Assembly: GCF_022045235.1 (NCBI RefSeq) | Contig: NW_027266264.1 | Location: 73,098,001 to 73,162,000 of the forward strand | Direction: 5' to 3' | Source: Haliotis cracherodii | Lineage: Eukaryota | Length of the DNA stretch: 64,000 nt | Part shown: piece after piece, positions 38,001 to 50,014 of the stretch | Layout: the number at the start of each line of letters is the position of its first letter | Numbering within the stretch: position 1 is the stretch's first letter | Notes under the pieces: generated by a model | Seen by the model: only the letters and a program-made list of their open reading frames with translations | Told to the model about the DNA's origin: nothing | The model's database searches: none | Program-made: the position numbers and the translations under genes

Positions 38001-38483
38001 AAAATGTTACTAGTACAAGGGAGGGACATAAAGGGAGGGGTCCTATCAAACGCCCTGCGTTCCTCTGTTTACTCTTCATGGTGTCTGTAGGGGCGGTCGG
38101 GTAGCCTAGTGGTTAAAGCGTTCGCTCGTCTCGCCGAAGACCCGGGCTCGATTCCCGACATGGGTACAATGTGTGAAGCCCATTTCTGGTGTCCCCCGCC
38201 GTGATATTGCTTGAATATTGCTAAAAGCGGCTTAAAACCATACTCACTCACTCACTCGCTCATGGTGTCTGTTTCAGCGGTCATGATATCGTGTGGAACG
38301 TCCTTGTACAGGTACAGCTCGAACGACCCCTACTGGCTTCCGCTTCCTGATTCCAACCAGTTAGATTGGTCCTACTACACAAGCGTGGCTACCATATTCA
38401 TCATGATGATTGGTTCCAGCATGCACGGGATACAGGCCTTGCTTCTGTGCTGCAGTAGGGAAAAGTCAATGCGGAAATACTAA
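35049..38483 (+). CDS. Invertebrate claudin-like tetraspan (PMP22/Claudin superfamily), gene C1
   Basis: Exons 35049-35316, 36716-36853, 38278-38483 (phase 1/1, GT-AG). TM1, W...GLW..C...GC first extracellular loop (ECL1) signature, WLP.P....LDWSY second loop, four hydrophobic segments, ends RKY*. Confidence 0.88.
35467..35726 (+). mobile_element. SINE-like family S2 copy (C1 intron 1)
   Basis: S2 consensus. Confidence 0.85.
37150..38017. repeat. 382-bp tandem duplication carrying two S2 SINE copies (37256-37507, 37638-37889) inside a ~38-bp minisatellite
   Basis: Near-identical blocks offset by 382 bp. Confidence 0.92.
38090..38258 (+). mobile_element. SINE family S1 inserted at the exon 3 acceptor of C1
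   Basis: 13-bp TSD TCATGGTGTCTGT at 38076-38088 and 38260-38272. Confidence 0.92.
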
Positions 38484-38964
38484 CCGGGACAAGAGGAAGC
38501 AGTGTTGTCCAGATATTGTCTGGACCTTTGGGGAGACAATTAACACGCATAATTTCCCTATATTTCTTACTTCATGACAGGCGTGATCGTTTTTCTACCG
38601 AATTATTTTGTGGTATTTGAATAGTATTTTTAAGGGAAAATGACCCAGAAAACATCAGGGTGAAGAAACATGCAACAGAACACTGCAGATTCAGAGCATT
38701 GAAGATCGTCGCTGTAGATGCAGAACAGTCAAGACCGTCATTGTAGATGCAGAACAGCAGTGTTAGAAATAAAAAGTGCCAGTCTGCCATCAGGACCCAC
38801 CGACTTTAGAAGATGCAGGCCCACATTACAAAGCTGCAACTTTTTGTGATAAATAAATAGAGAGATAGATTTACTGCGGGCCATAAGGACCCACATAAAT
38901 TTGACACTATGGGCCCGACACGAGATCTACAAATCACAGACCTACGCACAGGCGCTCATTTCGA

Positions 38965-39652
38965 ACACTGTGGAAGATGCAGGACAGAAATGGACATTTC
39001 GTCACTGTAGATGCAGGGCAGTGAAGGTCGTGACTGTAGATGCAGGACAGTGAAGGTCGTCACCGTAGATGCAGGGCAGTGAAGGTCGTCACTGTAGATG
39101 CAGGACAGTGAAGGTCGTCACCGTAGATGCAGGGCAGTGAAGGTCGTCACTGTATATGCAGGACAGTGAAGGTCGTCACTGTATATGCAGGGCAGTGAAG
39201 GTCGTCACTGTATATGCAGGGCAGTGAAGGTCGTCACTGTATATGCAGGGCAGTGAAGGTCGTCACTGTAGATGCAGGGCAGTGAAGGTCGTCACTGTAG
39301 ATGCAGGACAGTGAAGGTCGTCACTGTAGATGCAGGGAAGTGAAGGTCGTCACTGTAGATGCAGGGCAGTGAAGGTCGTCACTGTATATGCAGGACAGTG
39401 AAGGTCGTCACTGTAGATGCAGGGTAGCGAAGGTCGTCACTGTAGATGCAGGACAGTGAAGGTCGTCACTGTAGATGCAGGACAGTGAAGGTCGTCACTG
39501 TAGATGCAGGGTAGCGAAGGTCGTCACTGTAGATGCAGGACAGTGAAGGTCGTCACTGTAGATGCAGAACAGTGAAGGTCGTCACTGTATATGCAGGACA
39601 GTGAAGGTCGTCACTGTAGATGCAGGGCAGTGAAGGTCGTCACTGTAGATGT
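38965..39652. repeat. Minisatellite, 29-bp unit CACTGTAGATGCAGGRCAGTGAAGGTCGT
   Basis: Directly visible. Confidence 0.96.
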
Positions 39653-39964
39653 TCAGCGGGCATTTCCGGGTTGTGTTTATTGTATGTTTTACCGAAATTG
39701 TATGGATTATTTCTGATGCAGTATGATGCGTTTGAACCAGACATCACTGTGTCTGTTCGCTGCAGACAGACAGACTGCCGTAAAAACCCTTGAATCGGAT
39801 GCATCAACACAATTTGTGTCATGTCAGGGTTCCACCGGTGAGGATATATCTTCTGTATGGCGATGGTCCTATTTAGATTATATATAACACGGTTATATGA
39901 TGGACAAACATTCAGTATTGACGTGTAGCAAGGTTAAAGGGTACATCACACAATTACACAGGTG

Positions 39965-40445
39965 CCAGTTGCATTGATACTAATTCATCTGTTAATCCAA
40001 GTCATTCGCCAGGGATCGCTAGTTGCATTGATACCAATACCCTTGTTAATCCAAGGAATTCGTCAGGGATGGCTGAATTGATAACAATACCCTTGTTAAT
40101 CTAAGTAATATGTAAGGCGTCCATGGCTGAATTGATAACAATACCCTTGTTAATCTAAGTAATATGTAAGGGGTTCATGGCTGAATTGATAACAATACCC
40201 TTGTTAATCTAAGTAATATGTAAGGGGTCCATGGCTGAATTGATAACAATACCCTTGTTAATCTAAGTAATATGTAAGGGGTCCATGGCTGAATTGATAA
40301 CAATACCCTTGTTAATCTAAGTAATATGTAAAGGGTCCATGGTTAAATTGATACCAGTGCCACTGATAATACAAGGAATACCCCAAGGGCCGCTAGTTGC
40401 ATTGATACCAATACCGTAACACTTGTTTAACCAAGGAATTCAGGG
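39965..40445. repeat. Minisatellite, 54-bp unit CCATGGCTGAATTGATAACAATACCCTTGTTAATCTAAGTAATATGTAAGGGGT
   Basis: 4-5 conserved units with diverged flanking units. Confidence 0.9.
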
Positions 40446-41320
40446 ATACAAACATTTTTATTATGTATTTCCATTTAATTCATCGTATTAATGAGAACAT
40501 CGAGAACTGTATAAATGCAGCAGTTTCTTAATAACGTGATCTGTGTGGCCACTCTCTGTTCATCAAGGGTAAGGGTGGGGGTGGGTGGGGTCGACTGATT
40601 AAGTCAAGCCAGTGTCTAGTCCAGATGTTGCTCGTCATGTGCTTCGATCATGTATTGTGCCCCGTTTTTAGAGTTGATTATTTGTGACCAACCATGAGAT
40701 AAGGGACCTCATGGGTGAAAAATCACATTGTGACTTTTCATTATATTTTAAAAACAACAGCATCTTCGAAACACAAAAAATACAATTCGCAAGCTTCAAT
40801 TCATATGTATTACATAGATACATGACATCACACGTCTTTATGACGTCATAGCACAATTGTATCCCCGCACCCATAAGGTTCCTTTTATCACGGTGGGTCA
40901 CGTTTGTTATTTGTTTGGTTTCTTGCTACGAATGACATGTTGACATGTTACACTAACAACATTGATTCTTGTTTTTTATTACTTTATGTTATAAAGAGGA
41001 TTGAAACTATCCCTGAAGATCAGTTTGAAGCTTTGTGTATTTTATCACCAATGAATAAATTTTAATAAAATAATACGATTCTGGAACCAAAACGCAACCC
41101 GGCGTTTAAAAAAAAATGATTCACTTCTAGGGCCGGGAAGACACGGAGAACTCAGAAAAATATGAATATACCTGGTTTATCGGTATACGTGCCACGCAAC
41201 CAATTTGTTGTTTAGTCGTATGAAGAGACAATCTATAACCATCTGACTTTGCAGAGTTCCACGACATGGGTCACCGTGTTTGAGTTGTCTGTGCACATAT
41301 GTCAACTTGTCTGCACACAA

Positions 41321-41496
41321 GGGGCGGTCGGGTAGCCTAGTGGTTAAAGCGTTCGCTCGTCACGCCGAAGACCCGGGTTCGATTCCCGACATTGGTACAA
41401 TGTGTGAAGCCCATTTCTGGTGTCACCCGCCGTGATATTGCTGGAATATTGCTAAAAGCGGCGTAAAACCATACTCACTCACTCACTCACTCACTC
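41321..41496 (+). mobile_element. SINE family S1 copy
   Basis: Full-length, TSD-like GTCTGCA(C/A)ACA. Confidence 0.9.
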
Positions 41497-42499
41497 GTCT
41501 GCAAACAGGCGGGTAGCGTCTTGCGAAAATTAAGATTTGGCAATATCAAAATGTTCTTTGATTTTAAGTTTGATTTCTAAAATAGATGAACAAAAGAGTG
41601 TCAGGATAACATGAAGACGAACAAGGGAGAAACTCGACATAATGATCCACTAGTGAAGGTATATACACGATCGTTAACATCAATTGGAAAGTTGATAAAA
41701 AAAACTAATTTCAATATTTCTTTATACGATGTCAGTTTCAGTTTATTCTTCTATATTACTTGTGTTCACGGGTTTTACGCTTTTAGATGTATTTGGTGTC
41801 GTAGCTGTTACAGTTAATCCGTGTTCAAAATCAAAGCCACTGTTTAGTGTAGTCCAGGAGACACTGGAGTGCTACTGTATAGATTGAGTTACAAAATGAC
41901 CTCTCTTCGGGATTTCATATCTGGTGTTGTTCTGTGAAAGTTGATTGATATATTTGCCTTGTCTTGCTAACAATGACTATATATATCTTATTGTTGTATT
42001 TAGAACATTGTTTTTTTATTTAGTTCTGTTTAAAATAGGGTTGAAACTATCTCCAGACCAAATTGGAGAGTGCGTATTGTATCACTTGTGAAATGTTGAG
42101 GACCACTTATGAGAAGTTATTGGAAGTAAGATACAACATGCCAGTTTAAAGACGATCTGCTAACACGTACTTTTGATTGTTAACCATTGTGATCAACTCT
42201 CATTTGTGAATATGACACTATCATCTGTGAATAAATATATTTGTCTAAAATTATCGTCTTGTACTATTACATCGTCAGCCTTGATAGCTGTAGAATATAC
42301 CAAGCTATGTTAAAGATGCCTGGTAAACGTTATTGTCATGTCAACCGAAGTCCGCTCTTGACCAGTAGTAGCTGGTGAGGGAGCTGGTGTCACGCAGGTT
42401 TAAACTGTATTCCAGTTATATCACGGCGTGTCGCGAAGGAATATCCCCAGTGACGAAGGTCGTAGATGTTACCTGTTCAGTCAAGAGCACTGGGATGTT

Positions 42500-42771
42500 G
42501 GTTGGTTGGTTAGGTTTGTTGTTTAACGCCGCACTCAGCAATATTCCAGCTAAATGACGGCGCTCTGTAAATAATCGAGTCTGGGCCAGACAATCCAGTG
42601 ATTAAGATCATGAGCATCGATCCACGCAATTGGGATCGATGACATGCATCAACCAAGTCAGCGAGCCTGACCACCCGATCCCGTTAGTCGCCTTTTACGA
42701 CAAGCATAGTCACCTTTTACGGCAAGCATGGGTTGCTGAAGACCTATTCTACCCCGGAATCTTCACGGGTC
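42500..42771 (-). mobile_element. SINE-like family S2, full length
   Basis: Perfect 13-bp TSD GCACTGGGATGTT at 42487-42499 and 42772-42784. Confidence 0.93.
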
Positions 42772-42999
42772 GCACTGGGATGTTCCAATAAAGGTTTACA
42801 TGTCTGCAATCACACGATGTGGAACACGGAAACAGTGGTAGATAAAGTGAGTATGGATTCACGCTGAGGTTGACAGCACACGAGTATATAGGACACTGAA
42901 TTGACACCCGTCTAAAACATGAGTGAGTGAAGTGGGTTTTACGTTGTATTTCAGTTATATGTGGGACGGGAGCGTACGTTGGTTGCAGGTTGTTGATGT

Positions 43000-43606
43000 T
43001 GAGGTGAGATGAAATGGGGTTTACGCGTCCAAGATTATTGCACTTATATGGAGACGTGCATGTACGTGTGTGTGGCTGTTGGTACTAGTCCGGATTGATG
43101 CAGATTTATAGTGCTATCCCACTGAAATACCATACCACAGTTTAACATGAATACCCCACTCAGACACAGTAAACCGACCAGTCCTTGTTTTAGCCACTTA
43201 ATGTCGAGCGCCAGGCAGGGTAACAACAAGTACCATCTTTCAACATCTTTTGGTATGAGTGAGTGAGTTGGTTTTAACGCCGCTTTTAACAGTATTCCAG
43301 TTATATCACGGCGTGTCAGCTTAATGTGGGAGGAAAGCCCGAAGTGATGCAGGTCTCAGACGTGTACTACTTCGGTGAAACCCACGAGCACGGGTATGGT
43401 GCTGACAAACCTAGAAACATAATCGGGGCGAACCGGGATTCGAACCCACAATCATAGGTTTCTGGTGTGCCCAAGGGACGCAACTCTGCACAGCGAATCG
43501 CGGCGCCTTAGACGACTTGGCCACCCGTGCCCCAAAAGAGGGGCATGACGCAGCCGGGGATGGAACCCCGGACCTTCCGCTCTTCCACAAGACCACGGAG
43601 ACGGTC
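43000..43606 (-). mobile_element. S4 SINE interrupted by a nested S3 SINE (43257-43533)
   Basis: S4 head at 43545-43606, S4 body at 43000-43256, complete S3 between them. Confidence 0.82.
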
Positions 43607-45614
43607 TATTTATGTTGAACACTCGTCACTTGAGCATCAGCGCGGATCCACCAAACAAGAGTCATGGGGAATCTGAGATTCAAACCCAAGTTTGTTGTGG
43701 AGAGGAAAGTGTCGTTTCAGGCCTTGTCAGCTTTTTCAGCTTTTCAGGACGAGTTGCCTCAATACATGCTTGTTTTCCAGCGGGAAGAAAATGATAAAAG
43801 GATTGTGATCCATTTGATATTTTATTGTAAACGATTTTGTCATCTTACAAAAATAGGTATGATTAGGGAAATAAAGAAATGATATATACATCGACTGGGT
43901 ATGGGGAGAAGCACGATAGGATAAACATGCAGACAGGTATATTGAAATGCTCCTTGAAATTTCAGGCTAGAAATGCTCCTCTTAAAATTCAAAGTGGCAT
44001 TATCAAATAGGGCATAATCACCATTTTCAAAAGTAATATAACATACAAAGGACAAAGACTTAACGCTAATACCTCAATCACAATGGTCATGAAGTGATAT
44101 TTACAGGAGTTGGTATTTTCTAGAAAATAGATTTCAGAGATACAATAGTTAATTTGGAAGGAGTTACTTCCCCTTATCGTACAAAGTGGATTTATTTTTA
44201 TTCGAAGTTGTATGGAAAGGTAAAAGTAAAACCATTATTCAGTACATTGATAACCTATTTCAGTGGAAACATTGTTCTTAGTTATGAAAGATGAATATTG
44301 CAACTGCTGTAAATTTGAATTAGAAAATTGAAGCACTGAGGTAAGGGGCAGATCGATTATGCTGATGGACAATAGGAATATCCTCGGCTGATTCCGGCCA
44401 GGCTTCTTCCTCCATTACCAAGTTTCACGGAATCAAACGAGTATCAACGTGATCATCACTATAACTCAGTAGGTAACCAATCAATACGTCATCCACTACG
44501 CAGGTAGTAACGATGACACTACTTTATTAGTCAGATTTCTCAGATTAAATAAATATGTAAAGATTAAAAGTGTTTTTGAACGCCAAAAAATGATAACTAG
44601 AAACAATGCTATAATCAGTGTCAAATTATTGCAGTTAAGCTATTTGTAACTAAAACTAAACTAAAACAAGGACATAATCTTTTGGAATATACAAAACATA
44701 TGGTATGTACAATGATGCATATTCTTCTATTCTGCAGCGAATGATGAGATATTATACAAATGTACAAAACGATCCACATATATATGGAAAAGCGTTATAG
44801 CCATACTATGTTAATGAAACATCATTGAGATTTCCTCCTAAGTATAGTACTCAGAGCCTTATAATTGTTATTCATATTACTGTACTTATTATTTTTCTTA
44901 TAAACATGGCCTGCAGCATTCACACAGTTTGTCAGTGACTGCTACCTTGGCAGGTGTTTTGGAGCTTAACGTACATAACTACAGCGGAAAGGTCCCTGGC
45001 AAGAGTTGCTTCCCTTTATTCATACAATACTATTGGAACTGAAAATACTTTGACTAACCAAAGCAAAATGTATCTCGCGCATCAGCGCGTAATTATATAT
45101 CCTGAGCTTCAGTTGTTTCTATAGAAGCAGACACTGAAAAACATGCTTAGCAAATGACATTGCATAAAATAGCCAGTTCAGTAAGTGCCCATCAAGGACT
45201 ACATCAAGCACAATAAGGTAAAATCTGCAAAACCCAAAAATATATATTCGAACCTACATATTTACCAACCTGTGTTTTGTTGAAAGAGCTGCCTCTATAG
45301 GTGATATGATTTCAAAGGCCCTGATATAAGATCATGATTAGATCACGAATAACCATCAAAATATAGAAAACGATTAATTATTTCATTTCCATGAGCATTT
45401 AAGTCCTGGATGATTTCACTGATTTCTCAAGGTGACAGAAATCTGTAATCTGGTGCCAGAGTGTTGATTGGCTAATTTGTTACACTCTAAACGGCAGACC
45501 ACAATGAGGTGGCGGGAGGGTATTGTCACATATATCTCCATCCACAGTTCTTATTGTCAACGTCTGCTGGTTCAGTTCATGTCGTCTGCTCCTGCAGTTG
45601 TGTCGTCTGCTTCT

Positions 45615-48600
45615 TTAGTATCTTGTAGCGGGCTTGGACGTGAGAGACATGTTCTGTCTTCGGGCCCTGTTGTTGTCTTCCTGGTTCAGTCTCATCCACT
45701 CGACCAGCAGACACATTCCACCAAAGAGGGCGAAAAACGCAGATAGGACGGCAAAACCAAACGACCAGGAGAGGAAGTTTGAATCGGGGTGAGGCAGCCA
45801 TTGGCGGTCAGTATCAGCCTTGATACCGAACGTAATAACACTGACGCCGATAAACGCACCTGAAAAAGATCAAGATTATTATTGCATATTCCGGAAGATT
45901 AAGACAAATATTGACTTCTATTCGTGTACATGTTTTACGGCCATGCTTTGCCTTTGTGATATGTTATTGACATCAAAGAGGTTGAATACTATATTTCGTG
46001 GCTGTCATACAAACCTCGTTCTGTCAATCTACATATTTTTATATTATAAGCATCGTGAGTATACAGGTCATTATGAATTTTAACATAAATAACGGAAATT
46101 TGCTTTGAGTATTTTCATCAAATACCTATTCGGATACCATGACCCTGAAACCAACACCAGAGTCATTGTTGCTTTGTTAAATGTTTATGACAGACAGGGC
46201 ACAGTGACTCTGCAGGTGTGAAGGAGGGGACGTTCCTGGCTGGCTACTAAGCGTGAGGTTGTGAGGTGAAATGGGGTTTAACGTCGCGTCCAAGATTATT
46301 ACACTTATAAAGCGATGTGCATGCACGTGTGTGTGGCTGCTTGTACTAGTCCGGACTGATGCCGATTTGTAGTGCTAGCTCACTGAGACACCATGCCGCA
46401 GTTTAACATGAATACCCCACTCAGACACAGTATACTGACTCCGAGCCGACCAGTCCTTGTTTTAGTCCCTTAATGCCGAGCGCCAGACAGGGTAACCAAA
46501 CAAGTACCATCTTTTAACAATCAGCAGAGTTAAATGTGTAGAATATTCTCTTTCATTCCCACCAACTCCGTGTATCGATGGCCATAGGATGGGTTTGGTT
46601 TCCTTGCAGCAACATCCCGACGGAATTTATGGGTGGGCTTCTCAAATTATCACCATGTGTGAATTCGAACCTGGCTCTTGAGTGACGTGAACTACCCACC
46701 TGCTGTGAAGTTGAGGATGTAGCTGAACATGACGTATCGTTTCTCCTTGTTTGCCGGGCAGCACTTGACGAAGTACATGATGACGAAGACAAGACACACC
46801 ATCATTATTATCAGCGTAAGCACCATCAGCACTTGGATGACAAGGAGCCATGCTGAAACAGAAGAGCCGGTGAATACTCGCGTCCACATACGAGGGAACC
46901 TCGCTTGACTTGAAAACAAACATATTTACACGTAAATACAAATTATATGAATGCAGCAGAATATTAGTTAGGAATTTCTACATACTCGTGTCTCGAACAA
47001 AGGAAATGCATAATGGGTTCGATTCTCAAAGAGAACGTAGGGCGAAGATGCCTGTAACTCAAACATTTAAGCATAGACTTACGACAGTCGTAGCACTAAG
47101 ATAGCTTTGTTTGTAGTTGTTTAAGGCCGCACTCAACAATAGTACAGCTATATGAAGGCGATCTGTAAATGATCGAGTCTGGACCAGACAATCAACTGAT
47201 TGACATCAGGAGCATCGATCAACGCAATTGGGATCGATGACATGCATCAACCAAGTCAGCGAGCCTGACCACCCTATCCCGTTAGTCGCCTTTTACAGCA
47301 AGCATGGGTTGCTGAAGACCCGGTCTTGCGTATCAAACTTTAAGGAGACCAAGCGTCAAGGACTGAATGTTATGCAAACGGTAAGCTCTTCTGTGGAATA
47401 GACGCTTTAAATTAGTATGTTGTGTCAGCTTTGCATATACGAAACACCAAATCCTCATTTTAATTCCATTCTAGCAAAAGGGTTTACGAGTATCCATACC
47501 TAGAGTATAATGCACATTGAAAATACCAACATGGAATCGTGACTATACGAATCTTGCGACCAAAAACCTCTGGTTCGTGTTCAGTGTCACCATGGTCCAA
47601 TGATATCACATTATTCACAGCATACAGCGCCAGCCATGCTTGACTCATACAAAGTCAACATGGTTTCCCATATGTGGGTCACCAGGCGATGTTGTACATG
47701 TTCAGGTTTAATGCTGTGTTCAGTGACACACAATTTGAGAGACCGAAAGCATTTCCACAGTCCGTATAATTGAGATAAAATGGGTTTTTCAAGATTATTG
47801 CACTGATAATCCATCGACGTGCATTCACCTACGTGGCTGCTTGTGCTAGTTCGGACTAATGCCGATTATATAGTGCTCGCCCACTGAGATACTTTCTTGC
47901 AGTTTAACATGAATACCCCACTCAGACAGTATACTAATTTCGAGACGACCGCTCCTTGTTTTAACCCCTTAGTGCCGAGTGCCAGACAGGGTAACAACAA
48001 GTACCATCTAATAACGTCTTTTGGTATGACGCGACCGAACAACCGCTATCCGGGCTGACGCCCTACCGCTAGACCACGGAGGCGGTCCAGTTCGCATAGA
48101 GACAAGTATGGAAACAGAAGTCATCTTGACATGCTCCAAATCTCAATATAAATATCTGAGTATTCCAGTTATATCACGACGTGTCAGCTTAATGTATGGG
48201 GGAGGCTTGAAGTGAAGCAGGACTCAAATGTTTACCACTTCGGTGAAACCCACGACACATAACCAGGGCGAACCGGTATTCGAACCCACAATCATAGGTT
48301 TCTGGCGTGCCCAAGCGATGGGGGAGGGGTTATGTCTCTAACCTTAATTATATTCTAATTCTACACTGAAATTTTTTAACTGGATCCAGTTTGTAACTGA
48401 TGACTGGTAGAGCCAGCCATTGTTTCGGTCGGTTTATGGATTTTCATCCCCAACATTCAGGTGGGTAGGTGGAAAAAAAACCATTCCAATTTCAAATAGA
48501 TACATCATAAATAGTTGCGTTTTGAGGTTTCAAATTTTCAACAGGTTATAATAATAATATTTTAAATAATTTATTTACATGGATAGAGGCAGTAAGTTAG

Positions 48601-50014
48601 ACTTTTTAAACGGTTTAATTACTACTTACTTGAGGTTGGAGGAATATAACAAACACTGCTTTCCAATTTATTTATTCACATTTCAAATATTTGAGTCGGG
48701 GATTCGTAAACAAAGTTTAAAAAAAGTCTTACCATGAGAGAATGTGTATTTATTCAATCTGTACGTGTTACACCCCATAGTTGCAGTCTGGTTCTTTAGT
48801 ATCTACCAAGAATATTCAGATGTAGTTTCTAACTAAATTGTGCTCCTGACGCATCGAAAAAATTAAACTTCGGATCTGTGTAAGTAAAATCTCTGGTGTC
48901 GTAACAGGCTCCACATGGGGCTTTATCACAATCCATCACGAAGCTCTAAAGTTTTAACTTTGAACCTTTTTTGTTTATTTTGAATATAAAAACGTGACAC
49001 GAAAGTGTCCAATGTAATCTACAACACAAATATATAAACAGACGCAGGCATCGCTTCCCATTTGACATTTAACACCCACTTGTAAAATAAACACCTCAGA
49101 GGAAAACAACTGTTTAGCGGTTCCTTGTAACCAGAGCGAGGCTAATTATTTAATACAAGGTGCCGTTATAGCCATATAATACCCGAGCCAGCGTGCTACA
49201 TTTCAGGTGATATTATAGATTGAATATATACAGAACGACATCGATAAAATAAACAATTGAAAAGTTTCAAAGCCTATTTTAAAACAAAATAATTTTGTTT
49301 AACAAAATATCATATGTTAATAATCAAGAGTATAACGCGCTCCTGTTATAACCAAATATATTATGAATTATCATTCCTTTTCGTGGAATTCCTCAAATCT
49401 AAAACCGGAAATGACTTTCACTATGTAGTCGATATTTTCAACATGATTCAGGTGTGGAGTATTTTGGAACAAACACACGTGATACATCTATATACATATG
49501 TGTGTCTAAAACTAACAATTTTAAAACATATCAGCTGGAAACTATCAAAAATTTATTCACAGGTTCCTCTTGACACCAACTGTAAGCATCGCCATTTTGT
49601 TTATATTGTTGTACCTGTGACGTCACGTATCTTACCTGTGCCGTTATGCATCAAAGAAAGACACATCAGGTGTGATCAAAAGGGTGGAGAAAAAACAAAC
49701 TATAAGTGTACTGAGCACACGTATACTGTTGTCAGAATGTAACGCTTACTCGGATTTAGCCATTCGAATATACTCCTGTATTCGAACGACATCAGGCTGT
49801 GGCAACCATTGTATCGCTTCCCGAGACTGTCTTTCTCGTTGACATAGTTGTTAAAACACGCCTCCCATATTCCCAACTTTCCGAAACCTGTCCTTCTTTC
49901 CTGTAAGGCTTCTAACCAGTTCGGTGTACACATGGACACGATCAAAAACAGAAGTGCTAGACTTGTTAGTACTAATCCACATATCGCTATTTTCGTCCGA
50001 CCCCGAGACGCCAT
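45615..50014 (-). CDS. Invertebrate claudin-like tetraspan, gene C2 (proximal first exon 1b)
   Basis: Exons 50014-49750, 46852-46700, 45859-45615 (phase 1/1, GT-AG). PNW...GIWEACF...YNGC ECL1; WLLVIQVLMVL TM2; RQWLPHPDSNFLSWSFGFAVLS second loop/TM4; ends TRY*. Confidence 0.9.
46254..46518 (-). mobile_element. S4 SINE, 5'-truncated
   Basis: Reverse complement of 11900-12156. Confidence 0.8.
47105..47320 (-). mobile_element. SINE-like family S2 copy
   Basis: S2 consensus. Confidence 0.8.
47820..48087 (-). mobile_element. S4 SINE copy
   Basis: Similar to 11816-12156. Confidence 0.78.
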
